Shown: piece by piece, positions 34,689-42,736 of the stretch
How positions within the stretch are numbered: position 1 is the first letter of the stretch
Layout of the letters: every line of letters starts with the position of its first letter
IMG/VR virus record: IMGVR_UViG_3300045988_083430
Origin: a virus
Reading direction: 5' to 3' (one strand)
Length of the DNA: 45,396 nucleotides
Notes under the pieces: model-generated
Told to the model about the DNA's origin: nothing
What the model saw: only the letters and a program-made list of their open reading frames with translations
Database searches by the model: none
Translations under genes and position numbers: made by a program

Positions 34689-37355
34689 ATGAGCTTTTAC
34701 GATATACATCATCACTCTGAATTTTCATTGTTTGATGGTATGGCAAAAGTAAAAGATGCTGCAAAGTATGCTAAAGAATTAGGTTACCCTGCGCTTGGTA
34801 ATACTGACCATGGAAATATTTCAGCTTTGATTAAACATTTTAATGCATGCTCAGAGCAAGATATAATTCCTATTCTTGGATGCGAATTTTACTTTCAGCC
34901 TAAAATCAATCATGACAAACCCAGTTACCATTTGTGCTTGTTTGCTAATAGCTTTGAGGGTTGGAAAAATCTTAATAGGCTCACTTCTATTGCTAACGAT
35001 GATGAGCACTATTATTATAAGCCAAAACTTACTTTCGCTGACCTCAAGGAACATTCTGAAGGAATTGTATGCTCTTCAGCTTGTATTGGTGGTTATATAC
35101 CACAACTTTTGGTGAAACAAAATGAAGAAAAAGCAGATAAAGCTATTAAGAAATTCATTAGTATTTTTGGTAAAAACTTCTTTATTGAAATTCAGCCTAT
35201 TGAACTTCAAGGTGAAAATGAAGTTGAAGGACTTGAGAATTCTCAAATAATCATCAATAATGAACTCATCAGAAAGGCTAAAGAATTTAATATTCCTGTT
35301 ATTGCTACTTCAGATTCACATTTCATTAAAAAGGAAGATTTCCCAACTTACCTTAAGATGCATGCAATCAAAGGTTCTACACTTGGTGATGGTTATTCAG
35401 AACGATTTATGCCTTCTGAGAAATGCATGTATAAGAGAATTAAGAAATATCATAAAGATGATTTTGACTTCATCACAAAAGGATATGATACTTTCTTAAA
35501 ACGTGTTGGTGATTCAAGGGAATGGTTTGAATTTGAAACTGAAATGCCAGAATTTACAAATGACCCTGAAGAAACATTTAGATTGATGAAAAAGAAATGT
35601 TTGAAGACGCTCAAAGAGGAAGGCAAAACTTCTGATGAATATATGAAACGTCTTAAGCATGAATTTTCAGTAATCAAACATCATGGCTTTCAGGATTATT
35701 TCATGATTGTTCAGGAATATGTAAACTGGGCTCGTTCTCATGATATCGCTGTAGGACCTGGACGTGGTTCTGCTGGCAACTCTTTGGTAAACTACGCTCT
35801 TGGTATTACTAAAGTCGACCCAATATACTTTGGAAATAACTTTGATAGATTCTTGAGAAAAGACAAAAAGAAATTCCCTGATATTGATATGGACTTTTCC
35901 CAAAAGAATAGAGATAAAGTTATTCAGCACATCATTGAACAATATCCTGGTTCTGGTGCTCAAACAATAACATATGGTTGCTACAATATAAAGAATCTAA
36001 TATTGGATTTGGCTAAAGTTTGTGGAGCTGATTATAAAGATAAAGCTGAAATGGGAGCAATCAAGAAGTTCCTTGAAAAATATTGTGATGATAATGAATC
36101 AACGGTAGATGACGCTATTTATAATGACAAGAGATTTGATGAATACAATTCACTATATGATGATATTATCATTCACTTTATAAAGCTTTATGGTAAAGTT
36201 CGCTTCTTTGGAACACATGCTTCTTCTGTTATTCTTTGTGATGGTGACATCGTTTCTAAAGCTGGACTTTGTAGAATAGGAGGAAATTACAGAACATCAT
36301 TTGACCTTCATGATATGGAGATGATTAAGCTTCTTAAGCTTGATGTTCTTGGCCTTTCTACTACAGATAAAGTAAAAGAGCTCGAAGATATGTGCGGGGT
36401 ACATTTCAGCTATGATATTTTCAAAGATAAAGCTATGCTAAAAGGCTTTGAAAAAGGTAATGCTAGTGTATTTCAGTTTGAATCTCCTACGGCAAATGAT
36501 ATTGCTAAAGAAATTGGAATCGATAGCTTTGAAGATATTGTAGTTGCCACTTCAGTAAATAGACCTGGTCCTTTGTCCCTTAAGATGCACGAGAAATATA
36601 GAGACGCAAAGATTTCTCCTGACACTTCTTCTCCCTGGTATAAGTACACTAAACAGACTTATGGTACACTTATCTATCAGGAACAAGGCATGCCAATATG
36701 TAAAGAAATTGGTCAGCTGGACCCTGATACTACAGATAAGATTGTTAAAGCAGACTATCTGCATATTCCTCAGGAAAACCTTAAAGAATGGCAAGAGAAA
36801 TTCTATAAAGGTGCTAAAGAATATGGATTGAGCAAATCAGAAATGGAAACATTGTTCAATTCACTTATTCAGTATTCTTTTAACAGAGGACATGGTGTGG
36901 CTTATGCAATGCTTTCTGCAGAACTAATGTATTTCAAGGTTCATTACCCTTTGGAATTCTGGTATTCAACTCTTAAATGGGAGAACAACGCAGAAAAAAC
37001 TATCAAACAGGAAATCGGTGCCGTTCAAGATGGATGTATTATTCTTCTTCCTCATGTAAATGGTCCAATTGAATATGGTCTCGTAGAATATGATGGAGAT
37101 TTAGTCATTCAAAAAGGACTTTCTACTATTAAAGGTATCGGTGAAAAAGCTGCTGCTAAAATCGTAGAAGAACGTGAGAAGAATGGTAAGTTTAAGAATT
37201 ACAAAGATTTCTGCGATAGATGTGAAGTCACAAAGATAGCTAATATAAAGACAGTAGCTGCTTTGGAAAAAGAAGGTGCTTTGGATTTCAATCAGAAACG
37301 TTGGCTTTCTAGAGTAGAGAAATATAATGTTTCATTGTATGGAAGGAGCTTATAA
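34689..37355 (+). CDS. dnaE: DNA polymerase III alpha subunit-like replicative polymerase (PHP + Pol IIIa core + HhH)
   Basis: HHHSEFSLFDG and GNTDHGN (PHP domain), GRGSAGNSLVNYALGITKVDP, FPDIDMDF, GLSTIKGIGEKAAAKI. 888 aa. Confidence 0.85.
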   Translation: MSFYDIHHHSEFSLFDGMAKVKDAAKYAKELGYPALGNTDHGNISALIKHFNACSEQDIIPILGCEFYFQPKINHDKPSYHLCLFANSFEGWKNLNRLTSIANDDEHYYYKPKLTFADLKEHSEGIVCSSACIGGYIPQLLVKQNEEKADKAIKKFISIFGKNFFIEIQPIELQGENEVEGLENSQIIINNELIRKAKEFNIPVIATSDSHFIKKEDFPTYLKMHAIKGSTLGDGYSERFMPSEKCMYKRIKKYHKDDFDFITKGYDTFLKRVGDSREWFEFETEMPEFTNDPEETFRLMKKKCLKTLKEEGKTSDEYMKRLKHEFSVIKHHGFQDYFMIVQEYVNWARSHDIAVGPGRGSAGNSLVNYALGITKVDPIYFGNNFDRFLRKDKKKFPDIDMDFSQKNRDKVIQHIIEQYPGSGAQTITYGCYNIKNLILDLAKVCGADYKDKAEMGAIKKFLEKYCDDNESTVDDAIYNDKRFDEYNSLYDDIIIHFIKLYGKVRFFGTHASSVILCDGDIVSKAGLCRIGGNYRTSFDLHDMEMIKLLKLDVLGLSTTDKVKELEDMCGVHFSYDIFKDKAMLKGFEKGNASVFQFESPTANDIAKEIGIDSFEDIVVATSVNRPGPLSLKMHEKYRDAKISPDTSSPWYKYTKQTYGTLIYQEQGMPICKEIGQLDPDTTDKIVKADYLHIPQENLKEWQEKFYKGAKEYGLSKSEMETLFNSLIQYSFNRGHGVAYAMLSAELMYFKVHYPLEFWYSTLKWENNAEKTIKQEIGAVQDGCIILLPHVNGPIEYGLVEYDGDLVIQKGLSTIKGIGEKAAAKIVEEREKNGKFKNYKDFCDRCEVTKIANIKTVAALEKEGALDFNQKRWLSRVEKYNVSLYGRSL

Positions 37356-38269
37356 TGGACCTTAAAGCTATTAATGAATTATGCGCAGACCTTGAGAAAA
37401 AAGAAGGCAAAGGTTCTGTTTACAAACTCGGTTCTAAGAACTCTGCAAGAATAATACCTCGTTGGAGCACAGGAATTGAAGACCTTGATAATGCTATTGG
37501 CGGTGGAATTCCTCAAGGTAGAATTATAGAAATCTTTGGTGCTGAATCTGCTGGTAAAACTACACTTGCTTTGTGGTTGGCTCACCTCGTAGAAAAAGCT
37601 CTTTATATTCCTACAGAAGGTACATTTGATACTGAACGTGCTTTACAAATGGGGAACACTAAAGAGAACTTCTTAGTATATCAACCTGATTATGGTGAAC
37701 AGGCATTGAATCAGATTCTTAAGTTTGCTAAAGCAGGTATACCACTTATTATTCTTGATTCTGTTCCTGCTACTCAGCCAAGAGAGGATATTGAAAAGCT
37801 TGAGAAAGATGCACAAAATCAATTACGTCTTGGTGGTGTAGCTGCATTATTTGCTAAAATGCTTCCTACTATCGTTAGAACATGTGAAATGACAGGAACA
37901 ACACTTATTCTTATCAATCAAGTACGAGATAACATTGGAGCTGTTATGGCTTTCGGTGATAAAGATACGACACCAGGAGGTAGAGCTATTAGATTCTATT
38001 CTTCTATTAGAATTAAAGTAGCAAGACGTGCTTGGGTAGAAGTTCCTAATAAGAATCCTGCTAATTCTGCTGCTAATGAAAAGATAGGAATGATAATGAA
38101 ATGCAGAGTTGTAAAGAGTAAAGTATCTAATCCCTACCTTGAATGTGAGATACCTCTTTTGTTCGATAGAGGCTTCACTTCATTTGGTGACCTTCAAACT
38201 GCTCGTCAAGAAATTATGAAGGCAAATAGGTCTCGTAAAGGCAAAGTTCAAGATGATGACCAGGATTAA
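37355..38269 (+). CDS. recA: RecA recombinase
   Basis: GGIPQGRIIEIFGAESAGKTTLAL, LIILDSV, LILINQVR, TTPGGRAIRFYSSIRI. Colinear with bacterial RecA. Confidence 0.85.
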   Translation: MDLKAINELCADLEKKEGKGSVYKLGSKNSARIIPRWSTGIEDLDNAIGGGIPQGRIIEIFGAESAGKTTLALWLAHLVEKALYIPTEGTFDTERALQMGNTKENFLVYQPDYGEQALNQILKFAKAGIPLIILDSVPATQPREDIEKLEKDAQNQLRLGGVAALFAKMLPTIVRTCEMTGTTLILINQVRDNIGAVMAFGDKDTTPGGRAIRFYSSIRIKVARRAWVEVPNKNPANSAANEKIGMIMKCRVVKSKVSNPYLECEIPLLFDRGFTSFGDLQTARQEIMKANRSRKGKVQDDDQD

Positions 38270-38365
38270 ATCAGAACAGCAAGGATATATCTCAGAGACA
38301 TTTTATATATCATCTAATATAATTTAACATTTTAATATTAAAATGCTTTCTGGATATATCCTTGC
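38270..38365 (+). repeat. Structured element A: atcagaacagc box, long imperfect hairpin, AT-rich apex with an 18-nt palindrome
   Basis: 13-bp stem gcaaggatatatc (38279-38291) / gatatatccttgc (38353-38365), extendable by 4 bp. Palindrome cattttaatattaaaatg at 38328-38345. Homologous to element B. Confidence 0.7.
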
Positions 38366-39152
38366 TTCTCTAAAGAAAGGTTGTGAAAATGTGACAAACT
38401 TTAAGAAGACTTTAGGGCAAAACTTTGGTAAAAGTATACAAGGCGAAATGCTCAGACAGAAAATTGATAATTTATACATGGAGGCTGAAGGCCAAAGGGA
38501 AGAAAGATACGGACTTCATGCTTCAGCTATCATTGCCAGTGATGAGCAATTTTGCTTGAGACAGCAGGTTCTATCTCTGTTTTTTAAGATGAATCAGGGG
38601 GAAGAACTTCCTGTTAAAACACGTAAAATTTTTCATCATGGAAACACAATCCACGAAGAGGTTTATGATGTATTTCGCAAAACTGGAGTTATGATAGATT
38701 CAGAAGTAACGAGATATGTTGATAAATACGATCTGAGTTACACAATTGATGCAAATGTTCATTTGTTGAATAAAGATTGGATTTGTGATGTTAAATCAAT
38801 GAATTCTTTTGCTTGGGAAAAAGCTACAGGACATCCGTCTGGTGAAAAACAAGTTATGTTTTATATGTGGCTTCAGAAAAATCCAAATGGTTTTGTTCTC
38901 GCATATAACAAAAACACATCAGAAATTAAATGTTTCCCTGTAAAGTTTGACAAAGAAAAAGTTAGACCATTTGTTGACAGACTTAAAGAAATTCAGGTTT
39001 GTAAAAAAGAATTCCTCGATGACGGTACGCTTCCTGATAGAAAATGTAAAAACTGTGACACGAAAAAAGCTATCGAGTGCAGCATGAGAGATGCATGCTT
39101 TGAAATTGGTATGGGAAGGGTGAAGCTGAAAAGTGGCAAAGCGGGGAGCTGA
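38343..39152 (+). CDS. PD-(D/E)XK exonuclease, Cas4/RecB-like, with a Cys cluster
   Basis: YGLHASAI..FCLRQ, ICDVKS (ExK-type), C-terminal CKNCDTKKAIEC. Start uncertain: ATG 38343 lies inside hairpin A, with alternatives GTG 38391 and ATG 38448. Confidence 0.6.
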   Translation: MLSGYILASLKKGCENVTNFKKTLGQNFGKSIQGEMLRQKIDNLYMEAEGQREERYGLHASAIIASDEQFCLRQQVLSLFFKMNQGEELPVKTRKIFHHGNTIHEEVYDVFRKTGVMIDSEVTRYVDKYDLSYTIDANVHLLNKDWICDVKSMNSFAWEKATGHPSGEKQVMFYMWLQKNPNGFVLAYNKNTSEIKCFPVKFDKEKVRPFVDRLKEIQVCKKEFLDDGTLPDRKCKNCDTKKAIECSMRDACFEIGMGRVKLKSGKAGS

Positions 39153-39768
39153 TAAAAGAAATATCTGGAAAAAAGAATGGCGTACACCACTCTGCGTTAT
39201 AGGAATCGATCAATCTTACACTCGAACAGGTATTACAGTTTCACAAAGAGGAAAGATAAAATTTATCACTTCAGTTGATTTCAAAGGACTAAAATCTAAG
39301 ACAGAAAAACGAAAAGCTGTATGTGATAAATTGGATTTCTGTTTAGACAAATGTTTGAAACAGTATCAACCGCAAAAGATTATTGTTATAGTTGAACGAA
39401 TTCGAATGTTTACTCAAACAGTTGTTCTTTCTCAGAATTATATGACAACTACTGCAGGTTTAGTTTCTGCTATTGTAGATACAGCTTATTGGAAAGGCGT
39501 AAAAACATATTCTGTTGACACAAGAGCCTGGAAATCAGCTGTATTAGGAAGTAGTAAACCGAGTTGCGAACCTCTTGATGGGTGTGATAATCCACAAAAG
39601 ATAGCTTCTGTAAGACATGTAATAGATTTAGGTTTTGAAGAACAAATAAGAATAACAGGATATAATAATAGGTTTATCGGTTATAACGATGATGCTGCAG
39701 ATAGTGCTAATATATCTTTATATGGCTTTTTACCTGTAGAAAAGATATATTTACATAGAGAAGAATAA
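39133..39768 (+). CDS. RuvC-like Holliday junction resolvase
   Basis: CVIGIDQSYTRTGITV (GID motif), VERIRMF, DDAADSANISLYG. Confidence 0.6.
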   Translation: MAKRGADKRNIWKKEWRTPLCVIGIDQSYTRTGITVSQRGKIKFITSVDFKGLKSKTEKRKAVCDKLDFCLDKCLKQYQPQKIIVIVERIRMFTQTVVLSQNYMTTTAGLVSAIVDTAYWKGVKTYSVDTRAWKSAVLGSSKPSCEPLDGCDNPQKIASVRHVIDLGFEEQIRITGYNNRFIGYNDDAADSANISLYGFLPVEKIYLHREE

Positions 39769-40000
39769 CAATAATGTTATCTGTATATTTATTCTGTATA
39801 TACAAATGATATAAACTTAATAAATATAGTGTATCGGTTACTCTACTCTATATTCTGTTATATCTACTCTGTATTACACTAATATATAGCTTATGTATAT
39901 ATAGTGTATATTATAAGCTTCCCTACTCTACTCTCTCTATCCCCCTATACCCCCCTTCCTCTCCCTCCTCTTCCCTTCAGGATGACCTCAAAAATATTTT
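39769..40000. other. Non-coding iteron / AT-rich / polypyrimidine region; candidate replication origin or regulatory hub
   Basis: No ORF. Short direct repeats tctgtata (x3-4), tactctactct (x2), tatagtgtat (x2), followed by a 62-nt G-free pyrimidine-rich run at 39918-39979. Confidence 0.45.
39941..39975 (-). other. G-quadruplex-forming motif on the - strand (C-rich i-motif on the + strand)
   Basis: C-runs of 5, 6, 3 and 3 at 39941-45, 39950-55, 39963-65 and 39973-75, with 4-, 7- and 7-nt loops. This fits G3+N1-7 repeated four times. Confidence 0.5.
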
Positions 40001-40022
40001 CAAAAAACTTTTCAAAAAGCTA

Positions 40023-40051
40023 TTTACAAATCCAAATGTTTGTGATATAAT
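40023..40051 (+). promoter_or_regulatory. Promoter P5 (TTTACA-N17-TATAAT, TGn extended -10)
   Basis: -35 at 40023-40028, TG at 40043-40044, -10 at 40046-40051. A-tract UP-like region upstream. Confidence 0.7.
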
Positions 40052-40096
40052 GTTCACGTAGGGAAGACCAGAGATACAAACAGAGGAGGAAGTAAA

Positions 40097-40327
40097 ATGT
40101 TTGAATGTGACGAGAGAAGCAACACCATGGTTCTGGTTGATTTTGTAGATGAAGAACTAAGACATATGGACTTGGTCTCAAAACCCACTCAGGCGCAAAT
40201 CATGCTTTCCTGTTGCAGAGTTGAGAACTTCATTCGGATGTCCCATGAGCAATTTGTTGAACTGATTCGTCAAGCCATGGCGAAATATGGTTATGACGGT
40301 AACGAGGTCAATCATGAGGACTGGTAA
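40097..40327 (+). CDS. Hypothetical protein (76 aa)
   Basis: GAGGAGG RBS. First ORF after P5. Confidence 0.55.
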   Translation: MFECDERSNTMVLVDFVDEELRHMDLVSKPTQAQIMLSCCRVENFIRMSHEQFVELIRQAMAKYGYDGNEVNHEDW

Positions 40328-40766
40328 GTTCTACTTCAAAAACGAAAAGGAACTTCTCAAGTCGCTTGGTTTCAAACCCGTCTCAGGTTCAGGTTCTTCG
40401 TGGATTGCGAAGGAGGATGGAACTTCGGAAAACTTTATGTGTCAGCTGAAAAGTACAGATGCTAACTCTTATCGGCTTGATAGACTTGATATTGACAAAC
40501 TTGAGTATCATGCTTCGGTTGAACATAAGGTTCCTATTTTCATTACTCAGTTTCTTGAAGACGGCAAAATCTATTTTACGCTTAATGCTGAAGATATACA
40601 GAACTTTGTAAATATTCTCACAAATCAAAAAGAGCTTTGTGTATTCAGCGACTTTCATGAAAAAGTCAAGCCAAAGAAAATCAAAACAAAACAAACAAAA
40701 ATTCAATCAGATGTAAACTCAAGAGAAGAGTTTTACAAAGAAAGGAGTAAACAGTGGCAAAAGTAA
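40314..40766 (+). CDS. Putative PD-(D/E)XK-fold nuclease (resolvase-like)
   Basis: SGSGSSWIAKEDG...CQLKST resembles a D...(E/Q)xK core. ATG 40314 follows GAGGT. Confidence 0.3.
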   Translation: MRTGKFYFKNEKELLKSLGFKPVSGSGSSWIAKEDGTSENFMCQLKSTDANSYRLDRLDIDKLEYHASVEHKVPIFITQFLEDGKIYFTLNAEDIQNFVNILTNQKELCVFSDFHEKVKPKKIKTKQTKIQSDVNSREEFYKERSKQWQK

Positions 40767-41104
40767 AGGTTTCAGCAACAGGATTTTATGCTGGACATTC
40801 AATCAAAGCAAACGGTACTCTTGATTTGAAGATGACGTTTTCCTCAAATGAAATGAGTAACACTGTAAAATTTCTCGCAATGATCGGTAAACCTCTTAAG
40901 CTTGGTATTTTTGCTGATGGAGAAAAACCCACAAATCTTGGTGAATTTACAATTGATAAAATTGAGTTTACCAAAAATGCAGAAACGAAGATGAAGTTCG
41001 CTTCAACTAAGGATTATGCAGTCATTCAAAACATGGTTTCCCTTCTTGCTGAAGAAACAGCTTTCAATGTAGTAGCTATTCAGCAGCAAGATGAAAACGA
41101 ATAA
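40754..41104 (+). CDS. Hypothetical protein (116 aa)
   Basis: GTG start 6 nt after AAGGAG. Confidence 0.5.
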   Translation: MAKVKVSATGFYAGHSIKANGTLDLKMTFSSNEMSNTVKFLAMIGKPLKLGIFADGEKPTNLGEFTIDKIEFTKNAETKMKFASTKDYAVIQNMVSLLAEETAFNVVAIQQQDENE

Positions 41105-41146
41105 AATTCAAACAAATTATTAAACAAACAAAGGAGAACAAACAAA

Positions 41147-41533
41147 ATGGCTAAGAATTGGACCGCTGCAGAGGCAGCAAAGGTAATCGTTGAGGGTACT
41201 GACATTGAGGCAATTGCTGATATTGGTCGTCGCTTCCCTGTTATTTCTAACAAGCTTGCTCGTTGTAATTCTGCTGTAGTTGAGGTTATGGCTACACTTC
41301 CTGAGTACATTACAATTCGTAAGCTGGAAGCTGCTTTCAAGAATTCTTCTGATGACGAGGAAGAGGTCGAGGTAGAGACTGAGGCTCCGAAGAAGAAGGA
41401 GAAGAAGGCTAAGAAGGAAGAGAAGCATGCTAAGAAGACTCCCAAGAAGGAAGAGAAGAAGAAGAAGCCCGTAGTCGTTGACGATGATGATGACGATGAT
41501 GATTTCGATCTGGATGATGACGACGAGGATTGA
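41147..41533 (+). CDS. Small protein with a Lys/Glu-rich tract and a poly-Asp C-terminus
   Basis: A 65-aa globular N-terminus, then KKKEKKAKKEEKHAKKTPKKEEKKKKP and DDDDDDDDFDLDDDDED. Confidence 0.6.
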   Translation: MAKNWTAAEAAKVIVEGTDIEAIADIGRRFPVISNKLARCNSAVVEVMATLPEYITIRKLEAAFKNSSDDEEEVEVETEAPKKKEKKAKKEEKHAKKTPKKEEKKKKPVVVDDDDDDDDFDLDDDDED

Positions 41534-41562
41534 TTCTAACAATTAAATTCATTGTTTCAGTA

Positions 41563-41594
41563 TTGCTCATCAGTTCTTCGGAGCTGGTGGGCAA
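41563..41594 (+). other. 14-bp RNA hairpin with a UUCG tetraloop; + strand specific because of three G:U pairs
   Basis: ttgctcatcagttc-ttcg-gagctggtgggcaa. The three T:G positions would be C:A mismatches in the antisense RNA. No U-tract follows. Confidence 0.5.
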
Positions 41595-41675
41595 AACTGG
41601 CATAATGAATCAGATACAAAATATAGGTTATTTAACCCACAAACAGCAATAAAATAAATTATGAGGTGCAAAGAA

Positions 41676-42332
41676 ATGGCTGGTTACAAACCTAAGTGGG
41701 TTACATATACCGAAGAAGAGCTTCTTAAGATGAAAAGAAAAGAAGCTGTTGGTAGACTTAATGAAAAACAGCAGAGATTTTGTGAGTATTATCTCACAAA
41801 TCAAAATGCTAAAATTGCAGCAATAAAAGCTGGATATAATGTTGACAGTACAGCTTCTGGTTATATGGGTTTGAAAAATAATGAGCAATGCAGAATTTAT
41901 ATTGCATGGCTTAAGGTTAGAATCATTAACCGTCAGATGATTGCTGCAGGAGATATTATTGATGAATGGGCAAGAATTGCTTTTTCTGACATTACAGATT
42001 TCGTCAATATTTATCCTCATTCAATTTCTCTTAAACCAGCAAACGAAATGGACGGTCAGCTCGTTAAAAGCATTAAATCTGGTCGCGATGGTATTTCAAT
42101 CGAACTTCACGATAAGATGAAGGCTTTGGACAATCTCATTAAATATGTCGATTATATGCCCAAAGACTGGAAACAACGAGTTGAAGAGCAGAAACTTAAG
42201 CTTATGAAGGAAGAACTTGAGATGAAGAAAAAAGCTCAGGGATTTAAGCAGGAAGATGACAAAGACGATGGTTTCATTGCTGCACTTTCTTCTAAAGCTA
42301 AAGAAATCTGGGTAGAAGAAGAAAATTCTTAA
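41676..42332 (+). CDS. terS: Terminase small subunit
   Basis: LNEKQQRFCEYYLTNQNAKIAAIKAGY is the Terminase_2-type HTH signature. GAGGTG-N7-ATG at 41676. Confidence 0.75.
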   Translation: MAGYKPKWVTYTEEELLKMKRKEAVGRLNEKQQRFCEYYLTNQNAKIAAIKAGYNVDSTASGYMGLKNNEQCRIYIAWLKVRIINRQMIAAGDIIDEWARIAFSDITDFVNIYPHSISLKPANEMDGQLVKSIKSGRDGISIELHDKMKALDNLIKYVDYMPKDWKQRVEEQKLKLMKEELEMKKKAQGFKQEDDKDDGFIAALSSKAKEIWVEEENS

Positions 42333-42362
42333 AAAAAATATCAAAAACTTGCAAAAAACCTA

Positions 42363-42391
42363 TTTACAAACGCATTAGAATATGGTAGAAT
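42363..42391 (+). promoter_or_regulatory. Promoter P6 (TTTACA-N17-TAGAAT, TGn extended -10)
   Basis: -35 at 42363-42368, TG at 42383-42384, -10 at 42386-42391. Upstream aaaaaacctaTTTACA. Confidence 0.65.
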
Positions 42392-42448
42392 AAGATTGTG
42401 GAAAGAAGATAACCACAAACCAGATTTACAAACAGAAGGAGAACTAAT

Positions 42449-42622
42449 ATGTGGAATGCAGTTGCTGAATATGCGGACGGAACGAGAATTGAAAAGAACT
42501 TCCCTTACTACGAAGACGGGAACTATCAAGCAGAGTGTGAACGTCAGTATGAGCTTGAAGCGTGGCTGATTGAACAGCACGAAGGATGCACTTTTTATAG
42601 CGTAATCTACGTTGATGACTAA
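42449..42622 (+). CDS. 57-aa hypothetical protein (MWNAVAEYADGTRIEKNFPYYEDGNYQAECERQYELEAWLIEQHEGCTFYSVIYVDD)
   Basis: AAGGAG-N8-ATG directly after P6. Below the track cutoff. The antisense track ORFs here are judged spurious. Confidence 0.5.
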   Translation: MWNAVAEYADGTRIEKNFPYYEDGNYQAECERQYELEAWLIEQHEGCTFYSVIYVDD

Positions 42623-42736
42623 AGCTGATGGGCGGTAGTAAAACCGCCCGGTGTAATGCAGCCATAGCCGGTTCCAAGCCCGGAAGATGCAGAGGACACC
42701 AATTTAGAAAGAGTAATAGAAATGAGGTAACCAGAT

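Noticed and set aside
39769-40000. The repeat-rich intergenic region as a CRISPR array or attP site
   Set aside because: The repeats are 7-11 nt, irregularly spaced and partly overlapping, with no repeat-spacer periodicity. The genome has no cas genes and no integrase.
41080-41542. Two overlapping - strand ORFs (121 and 140 aa)
   Set aside because: They are mirror images of the Lys/Glu/Asp low-complexity tail of ORF 41147-41533. There is no RBS and the composition is not protein-like.
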